This document shows, one piece after another, positions 28,376 to 36,594 of a stretch of DNA of 64,000 nucleotides; position 1 is the stretch's first letter; every line of letters starts with the position of its first letter. Source of the DNA: an uncultured bacterium (GTDB lineage Bacteria; UBP14; UBA6098). Location: the NCBI GenBank assembly GCA_964459995.1, contig CAYWOR010000001.1:145328-209327 (forward strand). The letters run 5' to 3'. Under the pieces are notes generated by a model. The model saw only the letters and a list, made by a program, of their open reading frames with translations. It did no database searches and was not told the origin of the DNA. The position numbers were made by a program, and so were the translations under genes.

Positions 28376-30511
28376 ATGCAATCCAAGAAAGCTATCTTCG
28401 CATTAACATTGGTGATCGCGGTTTTTTCGTCGCTTGGCGGAACAATATCCGGCAAAGTTACCGATGCTGAGACCGGCAAACCCCTTATGGGAGCCACTTT
28501 GCGGATTGATTCGATTAAAAGATCGACCGGCACAAATTCGGAAGGGCGATATTTTCTCAATAATATACCCACCGGAAGATACGCCCTGAAAGCCTCGCAT
28601 GTGGGATTTGCGATACAAGTAATCGAAGAAGTCGAGGTTGAGACAGGAATGGAAACTAAGGTCGATGTTCGGCTTGTCAGTTCGCCAATTATTGGGAAAA
28701 CGGTCGAGGTTTCCACGCCGACACGTAGGGTTCAGCTCCTTGAAGACACGCCTGAGATCACTATGGTTGTGCGCGATGTCGATTTTAGGAAGTTCTCTCC
28801 GAGAGATATTTCGACAGCTGTTGCTTATCTTCCCGGAGTTAGTATCGAGGGCGGCACCGGCTCCGGCCAACCTGACGACAAAATTGTCTCGATAAACGGC
28901 CTTCCCGCGCATTACAGCCTTGTTTTGATGGACGGCACGAGGGTGGTCAGCTCGCATTGGCACACTGGCGCGAATGTCAATATTATTCCACCGGAAGCAA
29001 TCGAGCAAATAGAGGTGGTAAAGGGCGCGGCATCGGCTCAATACGGGAGCGACGGAATGGGCGGAGTTTTAAATATTATCACAAAACGAGGTGATAGTAA
29101 TCGAAATATGGAGCTTGTTGCTTCCGGCGGAAGCCGCAATTCTCAGTATTATGCCCTCGCGAACTACGGAATAATCACGGATGACATTAAATACGGAACA
29201 TTTGTCGGATGGCAGAAAACGGACGGCGATTCGATTCTCAAACCTGCGCATCGGCTTGGCCAGCTTGGATTCGATAGATTCACACTGTTTCAAAATGTCG
29301 ATGCCAATTTCTGCGAGAAATTTTCGTCACGGGCGCAGATGTTTTATATGTCCTCGCACAGCGAATTTCGGGGCGAGGAGTATGAATCGTGGCTGATTAC
29401 GCCGAAGATCGATTTGGAGTATTCAGCCGGAGATGATCTCGATTTCGCACTTTCCGGGTATTACACGCAATGGAACGGCGAGATCAACGCCGAAAAAAAC
29501 GAGATTGCCGAACCGAAGCTAACCGTTGGATATGGCGGATTTGCGGAGAATTATTTGCTTGCTGGCGCCGAGTGGACATATCGCAATTTCACGCGGACTT
29601 CGGTGCCGGAGAAAAGCCAAACAGCAGTCGGGATTTTCCTTCAGGATGAATTGACGCCGACCGCCAAACTGTCTTTGTTGGGGGCTTTGCGGTTCGATAA
29701 GGTCGAGAAAATCAGCGGTGTGCTTACGCCGAAACTTACGGCTGTGTTCAAACCGAATAGCCTTGTCGATGCTCGTCTTTCGGTCGGACGCGGTTTTCGT
29801 GCGCCCACGGTTCAGGACTTATACGAGGAATCTTACGGCCACGGCACTTACAGACGCGAGGGAAATCCCGATCTCAAACCGGAATACTCGACCGGCATAA
29901 CCGGCGGGTTCGAGATTCACCCCATTCCACGACTCACAGTTCTAATCGACGGCTATTATACAACGCTGACAGACATGATAACACCGGCTTATAGCCACAC
30001 GGAGCTTGTTGTGAACCCCACTTCCGGCGACACTTCAGAGTTAGCGATTTATGTTCGGCAGAATATTTACAGCGCGAAAGTTATGGGCGGGGAAGTCAGG
30101 CTAAATTACAATCTATTCCGCGATTTCGCCCTAGAAACGGCTTTTAATTATACCCATAACGAAAACGAAGAAACGGGAACCTGTCTTCCATATTATCCCG
30201 GTATTACGGCATCTGCGAAGATTACAGGTTTTGAGGCTATCGGGTCGAAAGTTGGAATAGGCGGGTTTGTCGGGGTGAATTTTGCTGGAAACCGCAAAGT
30301 GTGGAACTGGAATAATATTGCGGCGGAGACCGAACTCGAGGACTACTACAAACTCGATGCCGGAATGAATCTTCGTTTACTCGACCGGTTCGAGCTTTTC
30401 GGCACGGCTGAAAACCTTCTCGGACACGAAATTATGATGTTCGAGGATGCCGAGATGATTATCGCGGGTGTTCCCCATTTCACCTTCGGGCTGAGAATCC
30501 GCTCAAATTAA
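28376..30511 (+). CDS. TonB-dependent receptor with an N-terminal carboxypeptidase-regulatory-like domain
   Basis: GTISGKVTDAETGKPL. Plug motif IEQIEVVKGAASAQYGSDGMGGVLNIITK. GFRAPT, GNPDLKPE. Confidence 0.92.
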   Translation: MQSKKAIFALTLVIAVFSSLGGTISGKVTDAETGKPLMGATLRIDSIKRSTGTNSEGRYFLNNIPTGRYALKASHVGFAIQVIEEVEVETGMETKVDVRLVSSPIIGKTVEVSTPTRRVQLLEDTPEITMVVRDVDFRKFSPRDISTAVAYLPGVSIEGGTGSGQPDDKIVSINGLPAHYSLVLMDGTRVVSSHWHTGANVNIIPPEAIEQIEVVKGAASAQYGSDGMGGVLNIITKRGDSNRNMELVASGGSRNSQYYALANYGIITDDIKYGTFVGWQKTDGDSILKPAHRLGQLGFDRFTLFQNVDANFCEKFSSRAQMFYMSSHSEFRGEEYESWLITPKIDLEYSAGDDLDFALSGYYTQWNGEINAEKNEIAEPKLTVGYGGFAENYLLAGAEWTYRNFTRTSVPEKSQTAVGIFLQDELTPTAKLSLLGALRFDKVEKISGVLTPKLTAVFKPNSLVDARLSVGRGFRAPTVQDLYEESYGHGTYRREGNPDLKPEYSTGITGGFEIHPIPRLTVLIDGYYTTLTDMITPAYSHTELVVNPTSGDTSELAIYVRQNIYSAKVMGGEVRLNYNLFRDFALETAFNYTHNENEETGTCLPYYPGITASAKITGFEAIGSKVGIGGFVGVNFAGNRKVWNWNNIAAETELEDYYKLDAGMNLRLLDRFELFGTAENLLGHEIMMFEDAEMIIAGVPHFTFGLRIRSN

Positions 30512-30539
30512 GGCGTTAACGCGCCAAAATACCAACGCC

Positions 30540-30568
30540 AACCCCGCCTTTGCGCGGGGTTTTCTTTT
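30540..30568 (+). terminator. Rho-independent terminator
   Basis: AACCCCGC-CTTTGC-GCGGGGTT-TTCTTTT. Confidence 0.75.
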
Positions 30569-30608
30569 GTCTTGCTTGCGGAAAGAATTTTTACGATATT
30601 ATAAAGTT

Positions 30609-31832
30609 ATGCGGCTCGAACCCTACATAGCATTTCGTTTTCTCCGTGCGAGACAGAAAAATAAATTTGTGTCGTTGGTGGCGATTTTTGCGGTAGGGGG
30701 AATCATGATCGGCGTCGCGGCGCTTATTGTAAGCCTTTCCGCGATGAACGGTTTCGAGAACGAGGTGCGAAGCAGAATTATCGGGACGACGAGCCATATC
30801 AATGTGCACTCCCTTCGCGCGGAATATATCAAGGAATGGGAGCCGCTTGTTCAGCGGCTTAGCGTGCGAAACGACATCCTTGCCGCCGCGCCTTTTATCT
30901 ACACGAAAATGCCGATCGGTCATAAGGGTAATTTTGACGGCATGATTCTTCGTGGCGTTTTGCCACAATTGCAAAGTTCACTTGGGAATCCCGGAAGCAC
31001 GCTTATCGACGGCATTTGGCTTTCAAATGAGTTTGATACCACGAAAATCCCACCGATAGTCCTCGGAAGATACCTCGCAGAGGGCCTTGGCGCGCATGTC
31101 GGCGACACAGTCCTTATTTACGGAATTCAGGGGCAGAGCGCCGCAAGAATGACCCCGAAAATCAATCGCTTTTTGGTCGATGGTATCTTCGAAACCGGCA
31201 TGTTCGATTTCGACGCCATCCTCGCATACACCCATCTTAAGGCCGCGCAGAGACTACTCGAGCTTGGCGATGCTGTTACTGGTATCGAACTGCGAATCGA
31301 AAACTTTTATGAGGCCGATAAAATCGCGGATAGAATCGAAGATGACCTCGGATTCCCTTATTATGCCCTTTCGTGGGTCGATATGAACAAAAATCTTTTT
31401 GCGTGGATGACCCTCGAAAAGTGGGGGCTTTTTCTTTTGCTGACACTTATTATCGCGGTGGCGGCGTTTAACATCGCGAGCACACTTATAATGGTCGTAA
31501 TGGAGAAAACCTCTCAGATAGGGATTTTGCGGGCGATGGGTGCGACTGCGAAACGAATTCGGCGCATTTTCTTTCTGCAGGGGCTTTTTGTGGGCGTTCT
31601 CGGCACAACTCTTGGCTACATCGTCGGATTCACGCTGGCCTTTATTCAGAATAAATGGGAGGTTATCTCTCTGCCCGCAGATGTCTATTCCATCTCGTCG
31701 TTGCCAATAGAGATGCATGCGGCGGATTTTGTGGTAATCGGGATTATGGCGATGGCGATAACGGTTTTGTCGAGTATTTATCCGGCGTGGAGAGCCTCGC
31801 GCGAGACTCCAATCGACGCTATTAGGCGATGA
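30609..31832 (+). CDS. lolE: Lipoprotein-releasing ABC transporter permease LolC/E
   Basis: IAFRFLRA...GIMIGVAALIVSLSAMNGFE, GIFETGMFDFD, VAAFNI, IGILRAMGA, YPAWRA. No lolD adjacent. Confidence 0.9.
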   Translation: MRLEPYIAFRFLRARQKNKFVSLVAIFAVGGIMIGVAALIVSLSAMNGFENEVRSRIIGTTSHINVHSLRAEYIKEWEPLVQRLSVRNDILAAAPFIYTKMPIGHKGNFDGMILRGVLPQLQSSLGNPGSTLIDGIWLSNEFDTTKIPPIVLGRYLAEGLGAHVGDTVLIYGIQGQSAARMTPKINRFLVDGIFETGMFDFDAILAYTHLKAAQRLLELGDAVTGIELRIENFYEADKIADRIEDDLGFPYYALSWVDMNKNLFAWMTLEKWGLFLLLTLIIAVAAFNIASTLIMVVMEKTSQIGILRAMGATAKRIRRIFFLQGLFVGVLGTTLGYIVGFTLAFIQNKWEVISLPADVYSISSLPIEMHAADFVVIGIMAMAITVLSSIYPAWRASRETPIDAIRR

Positions 31833-33370
31833 TTATGCGAAAGATTCTCAGCATATTATTGACGAGCTTTGCACTTGCCCTCACATTAATATCGCAGAAT
31901 AATATTACCTTCGCTTTCACATCAAAATTCCAAAGTCAGATTCAGGCGATAGAAGAAAACGGCGTTCAATATGCCGGTGCGGCACGTTTGAGCACTGCGA
32001 TCAGAAATCTTCGGCTTACTTCCGATCGTTTCATTATGCTTGACACTGGCGATCATTTTGCTGGGCGGTTTTATCGCGAAAGGCGTGGCGAACCGGATGT
32101 CGAGCTGATGAACAATTTCCGCTACGACGCCATGCTGGTAGGCTCTTCGGAGCTTTCGATGGGCGAGGATATTTTCGACAACTGGGCGAAATTCGCACGG
32201 TTTCCGCTTTTAATATCGAACCTTATCGCACCGCCGCAGTGCAAAACCTGTCGGCATATAGCGTCTTATACAACCATCGAAAGGGTAGGCCTCACAGTCG
32301 GCGTTTTTGGATTGTTGCCGCGTGAACTCGAGTCTTTCGGGCGGCTTCCGGACAGAATCGGAATCGACGAGGACTATGTCGCGGTCGCGCGCGATATGGT
32401 CGAAATTCTCGAGGAAAAATGTGATATTATAATTTTGCTGTCGCAACTCAACATAGAAAGCAATGTGAAGCTCGCAGAGGAGGTTTGCGAGATCGACCTA
32501 ATCATTGTGAACGATTGGGCGGGCTACGAGGACGAGCCGATTGTCATCGAAAACGAGGCGGGATGCATCACGATTCTCGGGCATGCCGGCGAACGTGGCC
32601 AAAAATTAGGTGTAATCCAGACTACCTGGGACGGTGCCGGCAAACTGGAGGATTATTTCTGGAAACCGATTCTTCTCAGTGATTCGATTCCTCTCGATCC
32701 TGAGGTGCACGAATTCGCGGAGGGCTTTATTCGCCCCGAGGAGCGGCTTTCTGTGGGCGTTTCGACCGTGGAACTCGATGGTAGAAAGGCGATTTTGCTC
32801 GGTGCCGAATCGAACCTCGGTAATTTCGTCGCGGATGCTTGCAAAGCGGCTTTCCCTAACGCGGAAATTGCCGTAATCCCCGGAGGCTCGATTTATGGGG
32901 ATGAGATTATCGAGCCGGGAAACATAACTGCTCAGCAGATTCGCGAGATTTTGCCCTTTGGCGAGAAGGCGGTTTTGCTCGAAATCCCCGGACAGTTGTT
33001 AAAAACCATTCTCGAAAGAGCGGCGTGCAATATCGAGAACAACTATGGCGGATTTATGCAGATTTCAGGGGCATCGGTTCGGATTGACACCTCGAAAAGC
33101 GCGCAGTGTATCGACTTGGCAACTGGCAATATGGAGCGCGAAGGTTCGAGAGTTCGCGAGATTAAAATCGACGGAGCTAAATTTGAAAAGGACAAGACCT
33201 ACAAAGTCGTAACCACAGATTTCGCGGCCGTGGGTGGATTCGGTTACGAGTGGCTCGTGGAGATTCCCAGAATAGCAGGCCGCGAGCTTTCGGAAATTCT
33301 AATCGAATATATCGAGGCAAGCTCGCCTATCTCGCCGAAATATGAGGGGCGAATTATTATCGAACCATGA
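31829..33370 (+). CDS. 5'-nucleotidase/UDP-sugar hydrolase family protein with degenerate catalytic motifs
   Basis: LDTGD, FPLLISNL, ESNLGNFVADA, ILPFG, FMQISG and YKVVTTDF match the UshA fold, but most metal ligands are substituted. Confidence 0.8.
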   Translation: MIMRKILSILLTSFALALTLISQNNITFAFTSKFQSQIQAIEENGVQYAGAARLSTAIRNLRLTSDRFIMLDTGDHFAGRFYRERRGEPDVELMNNFRYDAMLVGSSELSMGEDIFDNWAKFARFPLLISNLIAPPQCKTCRHIASYTTIERVGLTVGVFGLLPRELESFGRLPDRIGIDEDYVAVARDMVEILEEKCDIIILLSQLNIESNVKLAEEVCEIDLIIVNDWAGYEDEPIVIENEAGCITILGHAGERGQKLGVIQTTWDGAGKLEDYFWKPILLSDSIPLDPEVHEFAEGFIRPEERLSVGVSTVELDGRKAILLGAESNLGNFVADACKAAFPNAEIAVIPGGSIYGDEIIEPGNITAQQIREILPFGEKAVLLEIPGQLLKTILERAACNIENNYGGFMQISGASVRIDTSKSAQCIDLATGNMEREGSRVREIKIDGAKFEKDKTYKVVTTDFAAVGGFGYEWLVEIPRIAGRELSEILIEYIEASSPISPKYEGRIIIEP

Positions 33371-33795
33371 TAGCTCTGAAAATCACAGATTCCAGTGCTC
33401 GATTTTGGGCGAGCGCTTTCAAATCGCCGCGAATGATTATGCTGACTCTCGCGGCGTTGGTTTTATTATTTTTCGGATGTTCGGAGCCTGAGCGTTTCGG
33501 CGACGCAGAAATCGAGGCGCGGAAGGCATCATTGTGCGAACTCGTCGCGAGTTATGAACTTTTCGTCGATGAAACTGTCAAAGTCGCCGGGATAATCGAG
33601 CGCGAAAAATTGTTATCGCGAGATTTGAAATGCTCGATAGAGGTGTTTCCGGTCGGATTCGCTTTTCCGGACAGCATTATCGGTGGAAAAGCGGAATGCA
33701 TCGGGATCGTTTTTTATCAGGAAGAAACCGACAACCCCGGATTTGCGGTTTTTGGAATTAGGGTTCGTCCACCCCGACGACGCGGAAGCCGCTAA
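33367..33795 (+). CDS. Hypothetical lipoprotein (possible OB-fold)
   Basis: Lipobox-like LFFGC. ATGA overlap with the upstream gene. The real start may be the downstream Met (MIML). Confidence 0.55.
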   Translation: MIALKITDSSARFWASAFKSPRMIMLTLAALVLLFFGCSEPERFGDAEIEARKASLCELVASYELFVDETVKVAGIIEREKLLSRDLKCSIEVFPVGFAFPDSIIGGKAECIGIVFYQEETDNPGFAVFGIRVRPPRRRGSR

Positions 33796-34375
33796 GCTCT
33801 CGGCTCGCGACTATATTCACCACCTCGCCGCCCCACTCGAATTCCACTGTTCGAACAACTTTGCAGGGCAAATCCTTACCTTTGCGCACCTCGATGAACT
33901 CCCATACATCGTCGGATTTAGATTTTCCTCGGCCAGTGCGCTCCATGCGCATCACGCGGAAAAAGCCGTCGCCGGACATATAGCAGAACAGTGTCTCTTC
34001 GCCGAGAAAGAGGCGGAATTTCCAGCACATTAAGCCATCGACGCGGGTTCGTGTTTTGTTGACCGCTATCGAGTCGAATTCTGCGCGGGCGAGTTCGAGC
34101 GGGAAGGCGATGAGAGCGAGTTCAGGGGCGAAGGGGGAGATTTTGTTGGCGAAATCGCATCGTTGCTCGGAGATATCGAGTGTGTCGATCCCCTCGGCGA
34201 TTGTTGTATCGTCTGCCGAAATTACGATGCATCGCGAATCGGCGATCCAGATTGAATCCGACGAAAGTCTATCTCGGAAAAAGCGCAGAAGAATCTCCGA
34301 CGAGGGCGGTTCGATAGCTATCGCCGTCAGGGAGAAAATCGAGCAGATGAAAATCGCGAAGAAAAAGTTTCTCAT
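33758..34375 (-). CDS. Hypothetical exported protein
   Basis: Signal-like MRNFFFAIFICSIFSLTAIA. Beta-rich mature part, loosely like LolA-type sorting proteins. Confidence 0.55.
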   Translation of the reverse strand: MRNFFFAIFICSIFSLTAIAIEPPSSEILLRFFRDRLSSDSIWIADSRCIVISADDTTIAEGIDTLDISEQRCDFANKISPFAPELALIAFPLELARAEFDSIAVNKTRTRVDGLMCWKFRLFLGEETLFCYMSGDGFFRVMRMERTGRGKSKSDDVWEFIEVRKGKDLPCKVVRTVEFEWGGEVVNIVASRELSGFRVVGVDEP

Positions 34376-34405
34376 AATAAAAAGGGCGGACATAAGCGTC
34401 CGCCC
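34376..34405 (-). terminator. Terminator of the GlmL-like/DUF6754 cluster
   Basis: Minus strand GGGCGGAC-GCTTAT-GTCCGCCC-TTTTTATT. Confidence 0.7.
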
Positions 34406-34435
34406 CGGTTCGATGTTCGAATCTGCGCTTCGGAA

Positions 34436-35065
34436 TTAACCGGCAAGTCCGATGCCGAGGAAATCGCGAAGCACGAAAAGAACGCGTCCGATGAAAAGGG
34501 ACAGACGCGCCATCACGGTATATCCGAAGGTTGCGCCGAAGCCTATCATCAGGAACCAAATGCCAACCTTGGCCGCGCCGCCGAAAACGCCTTTATGCTC
34601 CTTCGAGAAGAAGAAATAAATGAGCACAGTCAGCACGCCGACGAAGATTATGATGTTGTTGATGCCCTCGCCGCTTGTGAAGCTTAGGTTGAGCATCGTG
34701 GCTTCGAGCTGGCGAAGCACGCTTGCCTGCATACTTCTCGGAATGGCCATACCCGAACCCGCGCCGACCGTGAAACAAATGGCGTAACGCGACAACCAGC
34801 TGTATTTCGGCACGATACGAAGAATCATCATCAAACCGAGAATAGCCGGGATGATAAGCTCGATGCGGCCATCCTGGAAGACCGGTTGATAGAATCTCGG
34901 AATGAAGCTGTTGAAATAGATAATCACAGCGCCGTAACCGATGGAAACGCCCACTGTAACGTGTTCGGCCAGCTTGTAAAAGGGGTTGTCTTTATACAGA
35001 AAGCTGAGCACCGAGAAGGTGAAGAAAACACCTATCCAGACCCATGGATTCATTGATATCTGCAT
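34436..35065 (-). CDS. Integral membrane protein (about 6 TM) of the GlmL-like/DUF6754 cluster
   Basis: SFLYKDNPFYKLAEH...WFLMIGFGATFGYTVMARLSLFIGR. RBS AAGGAG before ATG 35065. Confidence 0.85.
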   Translation of the reverse strand: MQISMNPWVWIGVFFTFSVLSFLYKDNPFYKLAEHVTVGVSIGYGAVIIYFNSFIPRFYQPVFQDGRIELIIPAILGLMMILRIVPKYSWLSRYAICFTVGAGSGMAIPRSMQASVLRQLEATMLNLSFTSGEGINNIIIFVGVLTVLIYFFFSKEHKGVFGGAAKVGIWFLMIGFGATFGYTVMARLSLFIGRVLFVLRDFLGIGLAG

Positions 35066-35069
35066 TATC

Positions 35070-35921
35070 TCAGCTCCTTGCCTTTTTTTGTCTGCTGATT
35101 GCGATATGACCGATGTTGCCGATGATGATGAACAGGATGATGATGACGTGCGCCCAGTTCTGCGCCTCCATGCCCATAGTGGCCATGCGCTTCTCATCGA
35201 TAAGGGTCTCATATTCGGCCGCACCCTTCAGCCCGCCGAGCATTCCAAGGAATTGCCCCGACTGAATATATGGATACAAATCCGCCGCTGAAACCGCTGT
35301 AACACCGGTTGCAAGGGTAACTCCGTAAGGCTCGTGGCCGAAGGTAAGCCATAGTCCGTAGGCGGATGAACCGGTAAAGCTCACTATCAGGTCGTAGTCC
35401 TCGAAGTTCTTGATATTCTGGAAAATGGGAAGCTCGGAGATAGCGGTGCCGTAATAATCGGTCGGGAAGGCACGGTTGATGTTCTCCATCATGTTCATAA
35501 CGACGATGGAATATCCGATAACCCAAGGCATGAATGCGTAATCGACTCCGTTAACCTTTTTGTAATCTGTCGCGGCTTCCTGAATCATCGGAGCGATAAG
35601 ACCGGGACCTTCGATATAGAGGCTCATCGCAATGACCTTGATGTCGTTCTTCAAACAATGCCTGAAGAGCGCATCGAACATCGGCGAAAGCTCCGGTTCG
35701 ACCGAGGGAGAGTAGTCGGCGGATAATATTACAACGTCATCGGGTGTAAGCGTCTCGATGTAATCGTAAATATCCTTGACCTCTTTTGTGATGGGGATTG
35801 GTAAACCCATTTGGAAGAAGAACGGTAGAATCATAGCCAGAGCGATAATCAAATAGATAATACGCCTGTCTATCTGAATCATCCGTTCCCAGAATGTAAT
35901 TTGTCTTTCGTCTGCCATCAT
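35070..35921 (-). CDS. Membrane-anchored alpha/beta protein of the GlmL-like/DUF6754 cluster
   Basis: N-terminal TM (DRRIIYLIIAL), soluble core (DYSPSVEPEL), PYIQSGQFLGMLGGLKGAAEYE, C-terminal TM. RBS AAGGGG. Confidence 0.85.
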   Translation of the reverse strand: MMADERQITFWERMIQIDRRIIYLIIALAMILPFFFQMGLPIPITKEVKDIYDYIETLTPDDVVILSADYSPSVEPELSPMFDALFRHCLKNDIKVIAMSLYIEGPGLIAPMIQEAATDYKKVNGVDYAFMPWVIGYSIVVMNMMENINRAFPTDYYGTAISELPIFQNIKNFEDYDLIVSFTGSSAYGLWLTFGHEPYGVTLATGVTAVSAADLYPYIQSGQFLGMLGGLKGAAEYETLIDEKRMATMGMEAQNWAHVIIILFIIIGNIGHIAISRQKKARS

Positions 35922-35928
35922 ATTCCCC

Positions 35929-36585
35929 TTAATCTCCACTGCCCATATACGACCGCTCGATGCCGAGGACAATTTTCAGACTGAGCATCATAATGCCAAG
36001 CCCGATTCCGAGTCCCATGCCTCTTTTTGCGGCCATGTTCGGCACGTTGAGGATCCAGTTAGCAATATCGGTGAAAGTCGGCAATGTAGGCCATATTTTA
36101 TGCCAGAAGCTAATCGATTCGCCCAATGGCACACGTCCGAGCATAACGATAACAGCGGCGATGAGCAATGCGGTAGCTTGGGCGCTTCTTGCTCTAAATG
36201 CCCTATATGCCGCCGAGGCGATATAGAAGGCTAACAGGCTGAACATCGTCGATTCGATGGGCACGAGTATGTATGAATACATATTCATGAAAACCATGCC
36301 CTCGGAGCGTCCCTGAATGAAGCCGAACAGCGCAATTGCCAAAGACATCGCGATTGCCACGAAAGAATAGGGCCATGCCGGAGCCTTTCTTTTGATACGC
36401 ATTCCATGTGCGCGATAGAAGCTGAAATAGGCGATCAGAGACCCGAAAATGCCTATAACGACACTCCAATCGAGGAACGCCTGGAAGAATTGCTCGCTGA
36501 CTCTATGGGGCACGAAATATTGAATTCCGAAGACAAGCCCCATAATGAAGGTAATAGCGAGTGGTATTTGTTTTTTCCAAAGCAT
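35929..36585 (-). CDS. Integral membrane protein (about 6 TM) of the GlmL-like/DUF6754 cluster
   Basis: TMFSLLAFYIASAAYRAFRARS, WILNVPNMAAKRG...LGIERSY. RBS AGGAGG. Confidence 0.85.
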   Translation of the reverse strand: MLWKKQIPLAITFIMGLVFGIQYFVPHRVSEQFFQAFLDWSVVIGIFGSLIAYFSFYRAHGMRIKRKAPAWPYSFVAIAMSLAIALFGFIQGRSEGMVFMNMYSYILVPIESTMFSLLAFYIASAAYRAFRARSAQATALLIAAVIVMLGRVPLGESISFWHKIWPTLPTFTDIANWILNVPNMAAKRGMGLGIGLGIMMLSLKIVLGIERSYMGSGD

Positions 36586-36594
36586 CGTGGCCTC

